Program-made: the position numbers and the translations under genes
The notes under the pieces: generated by a model
Database searches by the model: none
Told to the model about the DNA's origin: nothing
Seen by the model: the letters and a program-made list of their open reading frames with translations, nothing else
Shown: positions 39,063 through 52,868 of the stretch, in pieces
Layout of the letters: every line of letters starts with the position of its first letter
Position numbering within the stretch: the stretch's first letter is position 1
Assembly: GCA_964016885.1 (NCBI GenBank)
Contig: OZ024742.1
Span: forward strand, 274,226,001 to 274,290,000
Direction of reading: 5' to 3'
Length of the DNA stretch: 64,000 bases
Source of the DNA: Eledone cirrhosa
Lineage: Eukaryota

Positions 39063-41282
39063 AGTTTAAGAGGAGATTAGTGGACAAGCGCACCAACAAC
39101 CTGATTTGAGTATCACAATTGAAACTCTTAAAGGGCATGCCAAAATACTAACCAACTAGAAATCACCAGGCCCAGATGGTGTGCAGGGGTATTGGATTAA
39201 AAAAATATAACATCCCTCCACCCGAAACTGACAACCATGTTCATTAACTGCTTGATGTCGGGTGAGGTACCAGAGTGGTTGACAAAAGGAACAACAGTTC
39301 TGGCAATGAAAGACCGGATAAATGGTTATGATGCTACCAACTATAGGCCTATCGCATGTTTGTCCATAATGTGGAAATTGTTAACAAGCATTGTGTCTGA
39401 AGAAATCTACCATCACCTCCACATAAACAACTTGCTACCGGACGAACAGAAAGGATGCCGAAAGAAGTCCCGCGGAAAGATCAGTTACTTATTGATAAGA
39501 TGGTAATGAGGAATTGCAAGAGGAGACACACTGGTCTTGCCGTGGGATGGAAAGATTACAAAAAGGCATTCGGCATGGTACCTCATTCTTGGATAACCAA
39601 AAGCCCAGAGATCTTCAAGGTGGCAGATAACATCAGACAGTTGTTGAGCAAAAGTATGAAGTCCTGGGAAACAGAGTTAACATCGGGTGGAGAATCCTTG
39701 GGAGGCGTGAAGATCAAGCGAGGTATCTTCCAGGGAGATAGTTTGTCCTTGCCCTGATACCCCTAACCGTTATATTGCGAAAAGTGAGAGCAGGATACAA
39801 GTTGGGAAAAGGAGAGATTATCATCAACCACCTCCTCTTCATGGACGATCTGTGGGAAGAGTGAGGAGGAGTTGGATGTATTTGTTGACACAGTCCGTAT
39901 TTTCAGGATTGATATATGTATGCAATTTGGTATTAATAAGTGTGGTGTCCTAGTGATGAAAGGGGTAAACTGAGCAGAAGCAACGGAATACAGGTACCAA
40001 CAGGTGAGATGATAAAGGAAATTGACACTGAAGAAGGATACAAATATTTAGGTGTTCTGGAGGCAGATGACATCAAGAACAGAAAAATGAAGGATCTGAT
40101 AAGATCTAAGTACATAAGGAGAGTAAGGAGCCTATTAAAATCACATCTAAATAGTAGGAATATCATAACTGCAGTGAAATCCCGATCTGTGTCTATTATT
40201 AGGTACAGTGCGGGAATTCTGAGATGGAATGTTGCTGAACAAAAATAAATGAATAGGAAGACTAGGAAGATATTAACTATCTACAACATGTTCCACAAGA
40301 GGAGTGATGTCGATAGACTCTACTTAAAGGGATCTCAAGGTGGAAGAGGTCTTATCAGCATAGAGGACTCTGTTCAGATATAGAAAATCAACCTGCACAA
40401 AATCGTGACTGACAGTAAGGAGCCAATGCTCAAAATTGTACTGAAGGAGAAGACAATAGACCAGGGGATGTCCAAGGAGGAAATAACAACAAGGAAGAAC
40501 AGCAACCTTCATAAAAAATCCCTTCATAGTACATTCTTTAAGAAATGGAACTGGTTAAAAAGAGAAGACCTTATAAAAAGCTACAGAAGGAATGCTAATG
40601 GCTGCGCAAGTGTAGGCCTCTGAACGAAGTGGGTGAAACACCATATTTACAAGGAGGAGGCTAGCCCACTGTGTAGGATCTGTGGAGAGAGATAGGAGAG
40701 TGTGGCTCACATTGTATCCGAGTGTAAACACCTAGCCCAGACTCACTATAAGGGCTGGAGACATGATGTGATGGGCAGGGTGATCCACTTGCACCTATGC
40801 AAAGTAAACAATTTACCACATTCTGAGAAGTGGTATGAGCATAAGCCAGAGGCGGTGATAGAAAACAATCAGGTGATGGTGCTGTGGGATTTTAGGATCC
40901 AGACGGAAAAGAAACTGTATCACAATAGACCTGACCTGGTCGTTTTGGACACGGAAAAAAGATCGTGCCTGATTGTAGATGTAGCCTGCCCATTTGACAC
41001 GAGAAAAGGAGAGGGAGTTAAAAAAGGATTTGGGACTGCTATGAAAGCGAAGTCGTCCCGATTGTCCTAGGCACCGTAGGTACTACCTCAAAGAGTTTCC
41101 AAGGGTGGTTAAAGAAGATCACTCCAGCCCCGCTTTTTGGAACACTTCAAAAGGCATGCATGCTGGGAACAGCAAGAACCCTCCGATACGTCCTAAATAT
41201 CTGACGCTGCAGGTAGTGGCTTGATATTCATATCAACAAACTTTCCAGTTAAATAACAACAATGACTGAGACTCAAAAAACA
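39063..41282 (+). mobile_element. R4/Dong-clade LINE, 5'-truncated, decayed, (TAA)n tail
   Basis: [71 protein letters not shown]. Confidence 0.85.
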
Positions 41283-41405
41283 ATAATAATAATATTAATA
41301 ATAATAATAATAATTATTATTATTATTTCTATTTTTGGCACAAGGCCAGCAATAACCCAGTGTATTATTGGTATTTTATAATAATAATAATAATAATAAT
41401 AATAA

Positions 41406-44400
41406 TGTTTTCTTTATTAACCACAAGGGTTTACATAAAGTAGACATTAAGGACAGTACAGGACAATACAGGACGGTACAAATGGGCATTTCTGCGTGTA
41501 AAAAAAACAGAGGATGAAATAAAATAACAAAGAAAAATTCCCCAATAGGGGGGAGACTTCCGAGGGACATTTGTGGAGAAAGCCCATTAAAAGACCACAG
41601 TGGCCCTGACCACCAGGGCAAGTGCCCTCTCCCAGTTTTCCACCTTTAATTTACAGACACATACTCATAGAAGGCCCATTCGTTCGGGCCATACTTGCTT
41701 CTCTCACCCATCTTTCAACAAAATGCTGGGAAGAGAGCCCTTCCCTTTCTACCCTCAATTTTCTTTTCAGATGAAATTTGAAAAAGTTAATCAGGGCATC
41801 ACCGAAGAGGTAAGTGGTCGTCTTCAAACGTGTCCACCATACTATCTCTTTCGCCATGGCCACCAGACAGATAAAAATTGCCTGCCCTTACCGGCTAAAG
41901 GAAGAGGGCGGGGCAATTCTCACGATGGACTCAGCTGATAGCTGGATCCGTCCTACACGTGACAGCAGGTGTTCGACATAAACCCACAAGTCAGCAATGC
42001 TCGGACACTGGACGAGTGCGTGCAGGACGGTTTCGTCGCCCTGTGCGCATCTCGGACATGCCCGGCTGACGGCACCTCCATGCCTGTAAAGTTTATCCCG
42101 AACTGGCAAAGCACCCCGGTAGCACTGCCAAGCCAGGGATTTCTGGAAGTTGTCCATAGGCCCCGGCCCGAAAGTCCTTCCGAAGAGATTGGCTAGTTGA
42201 TTTTCGTCGACGCCTAGAGTTTCTCCAAGTACGTCGTCGCTCTTCCCCTCCACTAATCCCATATAGAACGCCAAGGTGGAGTTTCCACCGATCACATTGC
42301 CCGATTGGTCGAGGGCTGTGAGCGCCTGAAGACATTCCAGTCTCCAAGCGCTCCCTCTCGGTCTTCGCTTGACCCAGGACTGCAGCTCCGTCAAGGAGAC
42401 GAGCTGGGGAAAAACGTGTCTAGCAAACGGCGACCACACCTGATCACCGTCGAAGAAGAGGTGGAGATGTCGTAGCCTGAGCGCGTGTCTGCGGATCATC
42501 AGCCACGGCATGCCCAGCCATCCACGTAGCGGGTGTTGACAGCAGATGGACGCCTGACCATCGGAGCGCGTCCCTTCCACAAGAAGCGAAAGAGCAAACG
42601 CTCCAGCGCAGTCAGGCGGGGCTTAGGACAAGGTACGACGGTCAGGCGGTAGTAGATGACGGACGCTATGTACGCGTTAGCCAACTCCGCTCGACCTTTC
42701 AGGGATAGCTTCCTCTCGGAACATTTCTGGGTGAGAGAAGCCACCCTGCTCGTCACCTCGTCCCAGTTTTTGTCCGTCTGGAGGTCTGGACCGAACCAGA
42801 CCCCTAGCAATTTGACCGGTCCGTCCATCCAGCGCCCGACGACGCTGTTGGACGGCATGGACCTGCCTCTCCAGGTGCCGAGCTGCAGGCCCACTGACTT
42901 TTCCTGGTTGATCATTGCTCCTGTCACCGCTTCGTATTCTCTTAGTGTAGTGCCGATCGCCTCGATGTGTTTGGCGTTCGACACCACTACGGTGACATCG
43001 TCGGCAAATGCTGACACGGATCTTCCGCATCCTAGTTCGCGCGGGACCCCCCTCAACGTCTCCAGTTTGTGCAGTAATGGCTCGAGAGTCAATACGTACA
43101 ATAGGGACGAGAGGGGACATCCTTGGCGGACCGAGCGCATGATGTTGAACGGTTCCGAAAGGTGACAGTTCACTCTCACTACAGAGCAGATGTCGCTGTG
43201 CATGGCAGCGATCCAGCCTCTGAAGACGGGCCCAAATCCAGCCGCCCTCAGGACTGCCGCTAGGTAACGATGGTCGACCCTATCGAAGGCTTTCGACTGA
43301 TCTAAATTGATCAAAGACCCACCCGTGCCAGGTTCCCTAGCTACCCTCTCTACGATGTATCGCATGAGGTGGAGGTTGTCGTGAATGGATCTGTCGGGAA
43401 TGGCGCATGTCTGTGCTTCTCCCACCAGACCACCAACGACAAGCGCCAACCTCTTTGCTAGCACCTTGGCCAAAATCTTGAACTCTGTGTTTAGCAGAGT
43501 TATGGGCCTAAAATTATCTATGTTATCCCCCTTGTTCGGATCCTTTCTCAGCAGCGCCACCGCTCCTCGGCTCACAGAGCTGGGAATTCTCCCGTTCTGT
43601 TGCCAGTTGCAGTAGATGTCCGCCAAGAGGCCTCCGAACAAGTTTGGCATTTGTACGTAAAGTTCATAGGGCAGACCATCTAAACCAGGCGATTTACCCC
43701 TTGTGCAACTAGTCATTGCATCCCGTACTTCAGCGGTTGTTATCGGCTTTTCGCAACACTCCGCCTCAGTGGCCGAAAGCCGCGGCAGTCTGTCGAGGTA
43801 GACACTAAAGTCCATCCTTCGATCCGGCCCGCCACTGCCCCCGAACAGTTGAGCGAAGTGTCGCTGAAAATCTTCACACATTTGCCCGGGATCGACAAGC
43901 ATGCGCCCGTAGTGGTCCACCAAAAACCGGATCGTGGCTTGTTGTCACGACGCGCCTCCGCCACTCGGGCCCATTGAACGGCTTTTGTCCCCTCGTGTCT
44001 GAGAGCACGCACCCTAGCTCTGACAACGCAGCCTTCGTGCTTTGCATTGAAGAATTGGTCAAGGGCCAATTTCGCCGCAAGTACGTCGGTCGCGATGCCT
44101 TTGCTAAGCGCCTTATCTAATTTTCTAACTAATTCTCCCTCTGCTCTATTTTTCTCTATTGCTAAAGTCTTACTAAACCTAATGGACTCTATTCTAATTG
44201 CTCTTTTCAGAGCAAACCACCACTTGTTGTTGACAATGGCCCCCGTCAACGCCCCCTTAACTAGTTCGCTAATCCGGTCTCTGTAGGCCTTGCGCGCTGG
44301 TAAGGACGCGTTTAGCTTCCAGTAGCCGGGTCCTCGTCTATGAAGCCTATCTAAGTCAAGCACACAGATCACGAATTTGTGGTCCGTGTAGCTGACTATC

Positions 44401-46741
44401 TTGAATTGTGGACAGCCTATGCTAGACCTATCTATTTCCCTACAAAATACTCTATCTAGATATGATCTGGATGTCCCTATGCGATTTGTCCAAGTCCACA
44501 TTGGTACATTCGGGAAATCCATTCGGTACCTGTCAGACAGTTCAAAACGTCTGAGCAGGTTGGTGAGACTCTTGCACCCTCCTTCCCTATCCACTAATCT
44601 CACACAATCCCAGCGTGCATCTAAGATCCCGTTCCAGTCGCCCACTAACACTAAAGAGCGGGAGTTCCGAAAGGTCTCCAGACGCCGGAAGAAATCAAGC
44701 CGCCCTGCTCCTGTCGGGGCATAGACGGCCACTAACCTGAAAGCTTGGCCGTCTCCGCTGGTCACGTCCAGCACCACCAACTTACCTTCTGGGTCCAGGA
44801 AGATGGCCCGTATGGCAAGATCCAAACCTCTCCGAAAAAGCACAGCAACTCCTCCCCCCGTCCCGGACGGCTGGGAGATGCGTACACATCGTAGCCGCCG
44901 AAGATCGGTGCGAAAGCCTGTGCTTCGGAGATTCTGGTCTCGCTGATGGCCACTACATCTATGTTTAGTGACATGAGGTCGTTGAGCAGGTGGCCCTGCT
45001 TCCATGACGACCCCAAGCCACGCTCATTTATGCTGCCTATTCTGAGTGAGGTCATGTTGAAAAGGAGTGGAAAAGATGGGAAAGACCACTTACCTTACTT
45101 CTCGTAGGGGAAGGACGGTTTTTCCATCCTTTTCACTGCTTGTGGCCTCCTCAGGAAGGATGTCCTTATAAATCCTCCTGGAGAGTGCTTGTCGGAAGTC
45201 TCCAATGTCTTTGGGGAATTTTTGTTTTAGTGTCATGTACGTTTTCTGTGTGATGCGAGTGATTTGTATGTGTGGAGGTGGTGTGAATTTTGGGGTTGTT
45301 GTGTAGTCTTTTTCTGTGATGCTGGTGTTGTGTTGGATGTAGTGTAATAATTGCTTGTTGTTCAAATTTAATGCTGTGTAGTGTGTATCGTTTTGGTTGT
45401 TTTGTTTTGTTTCCGTTTGTTGTGGGTTTGTTTCTGTTTCGCATTTTGGTGACTTTTGTGGTGTAGGTGATGGTGGTGTTGGGGTTAATGATGGTGATGG
45501 TGTTGGTGTTTGGGTTGATGGGGTTGGTGATGCTGGTGTGGATGGTGGCATATCTGTCCTAACTTTTTTGTTTCTTAATTTATTTGTTTCCCTCTGTATT
45601 TTGTTTTTGGAGGGGGAAGGAAGAGAATTTTTTCTTTTTTGGTTTCTTTCTTTTTTTCCGGATATCGTTTCCCCACACCTCGTCGTCACAATCTGTCTCC
45701 AGTTGTGAATGGCCGGGGAGTGGAAAATCCTCCACAGCCGTTAGTTTTGGTTGTGGCGTGGTGGATGGTGTAGGCGCTGGTGCTAGTTCTGAAGCGTTGG
45801 GTGGTGGTGGTGTTGGTTTTGCTGGTGGTGGTGGTGGTGTTGGTTTTGCTACTGTTGCTGGGGTTGTTGCTGTTATAGTTGCTACTGTTGTTGCTGCTAC
45901 AGTTGTTGCTGCCATCTCTGCTACTGGTGGTGTTGATGGTTGTGTCACTGGGGTTGGTAGGAGAGGTGGCCTCAACCTTTTAGCCTGAGGGCAGAAAGCC
46001 CTTAGGTGGGTTCCTTCACCACAAACGACACACCTAGGTCTTCTGCCCTCGACAATTACCGTGAGGTGGCTGCCGTCAGTGAGGTCTATTACCTCTGGGA
46101 TCTCCTCAATGTTTTTTGGTCCACTTGGATCAGGAGCTCCATCCCAGATCCGGACCAGTTCTCCTGCTTTTCTTTTGCTATTGCTATTATTTTCGTGTTG
46201 GCTTCGATGCCGGCGAGGACAGCCGCTATTAGCCAGGGAATTTCGATGGCCGGTGGAACGTGGGTCACCCTGATCTTTACGAGTCTCTGGCCACAATAGC
46301 TTGGGACGAGTGTGAAGTCGTCACTTCTTAATGGGGCCTTGGAGTGTTCTCTAGCCTCCTCTGGTGGTTCAAAGAACACGTCCACGGTTCCATACATTTG
46401 CCCACGTCTGATGTGGGTTTTTCTTGCCCACACATGTCCCAAAGCTTTTTGGATTTGGGACTCGGATGCCCGTTCCACTCGGCGCGATTTTACATTTATT
46501 GTTCTATACGACACGGTGCATAAGCGCCGATGCTCCATTTTATTAGGTGGGGGGTGAGGCTGACCCTGTACCCATCTTTCTTTACCATTTGTTTGGCATT
46601 TTCTAAATCCTCCTGTGTTACCGTAAATGCTTCAAACTGTTTTGCTACTCTGGCGAAACTGAGGGGGGGGGGGGGTTATAATGTAATTGTTGTTGTTGTT
46701 GCTATCGTTAATATTAATTTTAGTTTCAGTTGTGGTGGTGG
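41406..46741 (-). mobile_element. L1/Tx1-like LINE copy E (near full length, frameshifted), interrupted in ORF1 by a Gypsy
   Basis: ORF1 CVVCGEGTHLRAFC knuckle; ORF2 from 45055: SIN.RGL, VYAPT, LVGDWN, SYLDR, YTDHK; RT FRPITLLN, DQSKAFDRV, VRQGCPLS, AFADDV; CPRC..H...C. Confidence 0.9.
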
Positions 46742-47147
46742 TGATGTAGCAGTGAATAAAATGTATTTTCCTTCTGCGGAGGAATGGTGTTACGGAGGTA
46801 AGTTGGCTGAAGTGTGAGCCAATCAAAACCTTCGGCGCACTAATTCGACTGTCCAAAACTACGTCACCAGTGTGAGCGGAGGTGACCAAGAGAGTCATTA
46901 GTCTACACGCACCTCTCTTATCGACAAGACCAGGCTACACTCATCGCTGCTAACAACATCTCCATCTTGCAATGAAGCGGACCAAACTACATCCTACACA
47001 TGTAGATACGACCTGTACCTAATGTATCCGTTCAACATGTACGACTAATAAATAGAGTTACAACATCGATAATGGATTTAGTCAATGTTCTAAATGCCTT
47101 CTGATCTCTATTATGTATATTAAGAATTGACCCTAAAACCCGTTATA
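46742..47147 (+). repeat. 5' LTR (~406 bp)
   Basis: Starts TGATGTAGC, ends ...GTTATA two nt before the PBS; one difference from the 3' LTR noticed by eye. Confidence 0.8.
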
Positions 47148-47149
47148 AA

Positions 47150-47167
47150 TGGTGACCCCGACGTAAT
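47150..47167 (+). promoter_or_regulatory. Primer-binding site, tRNA-Trp
   Basis: TGGTGACCCCGACGTAAT is 17/18 complementary to the canonical animal tRNA-Trp 3' end (recalled, not searched). Confidence 0.85.
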
Positions 47168-47814
47168 ACGATACAACAAATCACATTATAAATGGTGACC
47201 CGAACGTTTAAGGACATCAACACAGAAGAAACCACATCTTTCCGTTGCAACGAACACATCAACATTTGGCATCCCAAAAAAAAAAAAAAAAAAAAAAAAA
47301 CAAAGCCACTCGCCTTTTCTCGGGGTATGTACGCGATTAGCGTGAGTCCTAATATGTATTTGATATATTGTCTTATTGTTACTAAATCTGCACATCACAC
47401 CTTCACTTTCTAACATCACCGAACACATGCGTTAATACAAAAATCTTATTTTTCCCTCTCAATTTCTGATTGGGCGACGCTATATAAAAAAACAAAACTG
47501 TTGGTGCTGATAGCCGGTCAGAGCAAGATGGCCGACTTCCGTCTTCTTCAGCTGTTTTCCCGCCAAAACGACGGAGGCAACGCCATTTTGAAAAGTACAC
47601 AAAAAAAAAAATAATAATAATAGGACAAAGATAAATCATAATTTTTTTTTTTAAAGCTTGACGTTTTTCCCTCCAACATTGTTTTTGATATATTTTTCTT
47701 TTTCTGTCCTTCACTCGGATTATATTTTTTCTTGGCCTGAATTTTCACTTTTGTCTCGGTGACAAGTGCAGAGTTGTCCTTTCTTTGCCCTTTGCTTTTA
47801 CATCAGTATACACA

Positions 47815-48723
47815 ATGGGTAGCACTTCATTGCCACCGTTTACCGGTGAAGTCACTGTCTGGTTCGCCCAGATAGAAGCACATTTCACAGCGAATAACAT
47901 CACCAGTGACCACAGACAGTTAAATCTCCTGTTAAGCGCTTTTCCAGCGTCATTGACGTCGGTCGTCAAAGACTTAATTACCGATCCTCGCCCTGGGGCC
48001 TCCTATGAGAGCGTGAAGCTCGAAGTGTTGCGGCGGACCACATTGTCCGCAGAAAAAAAATTTCAGACGCTCGTCAATGACGAACATTTGGGTGATCGGA
48101 CGCCCACACAACTACTGCGTCGGATGAGAGAGCTGGCGGAAGATGCCCCAGCTGATAGTGCCCTCCTTAGACAGCTTTTTGTCTCAAGGCTACCCCCCGG
48201 AGTTCAGGCGATCTTAGCGCCCATGATGGAAGCTGCTCCTGTCGACCAGCTAGCGGCTTCGGCCGACAGGGTTATGAGTGTCATCGGACACCCAGCCTCA
48301 TTTGCCCCCTTCCAGGCACCTCAGCCACCGGCTGCGGTCAATCCGTTCTCTCCTGCCTCCTTCCAGGCACCTCAGCCACCGGCTGCGGTCAATCCGTTCG
48401 CTCCTGTCTCCTTCAATGTATCCCAGCCGCCGACTGCGGTCGCTTCCTTCACTCCAGCGGCTGCCAGTTATACCGACCAGTCACTTGCAAATGCAGCAAT
48501 GCTGCAAGCAATAGAGCAGCTAACCAAGGAAGTGAGAAAACTAAGCACTCACAGGGCTCATTCGCCCAGACGCCGTTTCCAGAGCCGTTCACCCTCGCCA
48601 CGACGCCGTCACACAAGCAGTTCAGGTTTGTGTTACTACCACAGCCGTTTTGGCGCAGCAGCACGCTCCTGTAAACAGCCTTGTACATTTTCAGACCAGG
48701 GAAACAGATTTCAGGAGACCTGA
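47815..48723 (+). CDS. gag: Gag
   Basis: LPPF...[40 protein letters not shown] (CHCC motif); first ATG at 47815. Confidence 0.9.
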   Translation: MGSTSLPPFTGEVTVWFAQIEAHFTANNITSDHRQLNLLLSAFPASLTSVVKDLITDPRPGASYESVKLEVLRRTTLSAEKKFQTLVNDEHLGDRTPTQLLRRMRELAEDAPADSALLRQLFVSRLPPGVQAILAPMMEAAPVDQLAASADRVMSVIGHPASFAPFQAPQPPAAVNPFSPASFQAPQPPAAVNPFAPVSFNVSQPPTAVASFTPAAASYTDQSLANAAMLQAIEQLTKEVRKLSTHRAHSPRRRFQSRSPSPRRRHTSSSGLCYYHSRFGAAARSCKQPCTFSDQGNRFQET

Positions 48724-51700
48724 GCACGGCACAGTCTCCTCTGACCCTCCCTAATAACCGTGTGTTTTTCATCACAGACACTGAGTCGCAAGCACGTTGT
48801 CTTATCGATACCGGCGCGGCTTGTAGCATTTGGCCGCTAAAACTTCTCAAAGAGAAGCCCCAACTCTCAACCGTCTCTCTGCAAGCAGTAAACCAGTCAC
48901 CGATCCCCACGTACGGTCAGATTTCTCATTCTTTGAACCTGGAATTGCGTAGAGATTTCACGTGGATCTTCACTGTTGCTGATCTGCCTTACCCCATCCT
49001 AGGCTCAGATTTCCTGCACCACTATAACTTGATAGTGGATATGCGCAGACGCCGGTTGTTGGATGCCAACACAGAACTGTCTGTGCCGGGTACCAGATCG
49101 ACTGTCTCGTCGGTCAGCCCGGTCTTCTTTATCGCTGCTACAGAAGATCCTTACCAATCACTTTTGCATTCCTTCCCGGAATTAACAAATTTGAATTTTG
49201 TGATGAGTGAGCCTACTCACTCCACCAAGCACCACATTGAAACATCCGGAGCTCCTGTGTTTTCGCGCCCTCGCCGTCTCTCTGCTGAGAAACTGAAGGC
49301 CGCAAGGGCTGAATTCAATCACATGCTGCAGCTCGGGATCATTCGCCCATCCTCAAGCCCGTGGGCCGCACCCTTGCATTTGGTACCAAAGCGTTCCGGT
49401 GATTGGCGTCCCACTGGGGACTTTCGTCGGTTAAATGCAATGACGGTACCCGACCGCTACCCGATACCACACATACATGATTTTGCATCTTCGCTGCATG
49501 GATGCAACATATTCTCCAAATTGGATTTGGTCAACGCATACCACCAAATCCCGGTGAACCCGGCAGACATACCTAAAACTGCAGTAACAACTCCATTTGG
49601 AGCGTTTGAATTTTTGACCATGCCTTTCGGTTTGCGAAACGCAGCCAGCACGTTCCAACGATTTATGGATGAAGTTGTGCGCGATTTAGACTTCGTGTAC
49701 AACTACATCGACGACATTCTTGTGGCAAGTGCCTCACCTGAGGAACATGTCACTCACCTCCGTCTCCTGTTCGAGAGATTTCAAAAATACCAAGTGAGAA
49801 TTAATCCGGCAAAATGTGTTTTCGGTGCTTCCTCACTTGTCTTCTTGGGCCATGTCATCAGCCCAGAAGGAATTTCGCCACTACCTGATAAAGTGAAAGC
49901 GGTACAAGACCTCCAACCACCCACTTCACTTCGTCCACTACGACATTTCCTTGGGCTACTGAACTATTACAGGCGCTTTATCCCACACTGTGCGGATCTC
50001 CTATCTCCTCTGTCCGACCTGTTACGTAACAGGAAAAAGAAGAACGATTCCATTTCATTGGACACGAATCAGCTAAAAGCCTTCGACGAAGTGAAGCGGA
50101 AGCTTGCGGAGACATCACTGCTTGCACATCCTGTGTCTGGTGCCCAGTTTTCACTGGTTGTTGATGCATCAGGCACAGCTGTAGGTGCAGTACTGCAACA
50201 ACATCACCAACAACAGTTACAACCTCTTGCCTACTTTTCTAAACAGCTGAAGCCTGCAGAAACACGGTATAGCACATTCGGCCGTGAACTCTTGGCTATG
50301 TACCTTGCAGTGAAACACTTTCGGCATTCACTGGAGGGTCGCCAATTTGTTATATACACTGACCACCGTCCGCTTACGTTCGCACTGCGTTCTAAGCCGG
50401 ACAAATATTCACCTCGCGAAACTCGCCACTTGGACTTCGTTTCGCAATTTACCAGCGATATCCGACACATCTCTGGTGAACAGAATGCGGCGGCAGATGC
50501 ACTGTCTCGCCTCCCAATTAATTCCCTGTCATCGCCAGCGGAAATCGACCTCCAACGAATGGCCACAGAACAACCACCTCTGGATACTTTGGACCTCTCG
50601 TCTTCTGAATTTGCAACTGGCAAATTTGCATATCTGCCTGTGCCCACTTCGGACACAGATTATCTGCGACACCTCGACAGATGCACCTCGCCCTCTAGTG
50701 CCAGTGACTCATCGTCGAGCAGTTTTCGACACCTTGCACGGTCTGGCACACCCTGGAATATCGACCACAGTGAAGCTCATTTCGGCTAGATTCTTCTGGC
50801 CTAATATGAGGCGTGACATCACTGCCTGGACACGTTCCTGCCTATCCTGCCAAAAGTCAAAGGTGCACAAACACATCCGCGCACCCCTTGGAACTTTCAG
50901 CACTCCAGACGCTCGGTTCAGCCATCTCCATATAGATCTTGTCGGACCATGGCCGGTCAGCCGAGGATTTACATACCTCCTGACCTGCATAGATCGCTTC
51001 ACACGTTGGCCTGAAGCCATTCCTTTAAGTGACATTTCGGCGGAATCTGTAGCGCGAGCCCTAGTATCGGGTTGGATATCGCGTTACGGAGTTCCAGCCA
51101 CTATCACCACTGACCGCGGTGGACAATTTGAGTCACACCTTTTCCGAGAGCTTTCAAGGATCCTGGGAATGCAACGCATTCGAACGACCAGCTACCATCC
51201 AGCTTCTAACGGAATGATTGAACGCTTCCACCGCCAATTGAAAGCCGCACTGCGCGCTTATCCGGATCAGCAGCGGTGGAGCGAATATGTACCAATTGTC
51301 CTCCTGGGCTGTCGTGCAGCCATCAAGGAAGATCTAGGCTACTCCCCCGCCGAGTTGGTTTACGGAGTGCCTATATCTCTGCCTGGTCAGATGTTAGCTC
51401 CATTGGACCTACCAGCAACAGACCCAGCTCTGTATGTGAGCAGACTGCAATCATATTTCAGCAATCTTCCGCCTATGCACCCTCGCCAACAGACAATCAA
51501 ATCTTCGGTCCCGAAAGACATTGCTTCATGGACCCACGTCTTTTTACGAAAGGACGCCGTGAGAGCTCCTCTCATGCCACCTTATACCGGTCCCTATCGC
51601 GTGCTTGAGCGCACAGATAAGCTATTCACCCTAAACATTGGGGGTAAAAAAGAGACTGTGTCCATTGACAGGGTAAAACGGGCCTATACAGACACTCTCA

Positions 51701-51858
51701 CACAAGAGCCCCATTTTCCCCCCACATACACCTGGCATCAGCCAAGCCACAATACACATATAACATCGCACACACCTACACCTACATATGTCACCACCAC
51801 ACGTAGCGGTCGGCGAGTACATTGGCCCAAGAAGCTTTGCAAGACTCTTTATATATGA
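48699..51858 (+). CDS. pol: Pol (protease, RT, RNase H, integrase); probably entered by -1 frameshift, with one disrupting frameshift near 50658
   Basis: G GGA AAC slippery site 48699-48705; LIDTGA; YIDDIL; VDAS..ELLA..TDH; HGLAH..CLSC; HIDLVGP, TDRG, IERFH; PYTGPY. Confidence 0.9.
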
Positions 51859-52077
51859 ACTATGTTATTTACAGCAATCTTCTTGGAGTTTGCTCCGCCC
51901 TTGTATTTGTATTAAATGTATGAACTAAGGTGAACATTACACTATTTCTGACTTTCCTGTAATATGAACATTTCTTTATCAGTGATATATTTTATTGTGT
52001 TTACTATTATATAGTACTTTTTCTTTCATTCATCTGCTACCCTTATTTCTCTATCGGCTGTAAGCCTAAGCAGGGGG

Positions 52078-52483
52078 TGATGTAGCAGTGAATAAAATGT
52101 ATTTTCCTTCTGCGGAGGAATGGTGTTACGGAGGTAAGTTGGCTGAAGTGTGAGCCAATCAAAACCTTCGGCGCACTAATTCGACTGTCCAGAACTACGT
52201 CACCAGTGTGAGCGGAGGTGACCAAGAGAGTCATTAGTCTACACGCACCTCTCTTATCGACAAGACCAGGCTACACTCATCGCTGCTAACAACATCTCCA
52301 TCTTGCAATGAAGCGGACCAAACTACATCCTACACATGTAGATACGACCTGTACCTAATGTATCCGTTCAACATGTACGACTAATAAATAGAGTTACAAC
52401 ATCGATAATGGATTTAGTCAATGTTCTAAATGCCTTCTGATCTCTATTATGTATATTAAGAATTGACCCTAAAACCCGTTATA
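52078..52483 (+). repeat. 3' LTR, preceded by the polypurine tract aagcaggggg
   Basis: Copy of 46742-47147 at offset 5336. Confidence 0.8.
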
Positions 52484-52868
52484 AATGGTGACCCCGACGT
52501 AATACGATACAACAAATCACATTATAAATGGTGACCCGAACGTTTAAGGACATCAACACAGAAGAAACCACATCTTTCCGTTGAAACGAACACATCAACA
52601 TTTGGCATCCCAAAAAAAAAAAAAAAAAAAAAAAAACAAAGCCACTCGCCTTTTCTCGGGGTATGTACGCGATTAGCGTGAGTCCTAATATGTATTTGAT
52701 ATATTGTCTTATTGTTACTAAATCTGCACATCACACCTTCACTTTCTAACATCACCGAACACATGCGTTAATACAAAAATCTTATTTTTCCCTCTCAATT
52801 TCTGATTGGGCGACGCTATATAAAAAAAAAAACTGTTGGTGCTGATAGCCGGTCAGAGCTGATAGCCG

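Larger units (their letters stand above)
46742..52859 (+). mobile_element. Ty3/Gypsy LTR retrotransposon, CsRn1/Boudicca/Kabuki-like, young; extends past the second LTR into a second leader
   Basis: Near-identical repeats 46742-47524 and 52078-52859; tRNA-Trp PBS; CHCC Gag; PR-RT-RH-IN order. Confidence 0.95.
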
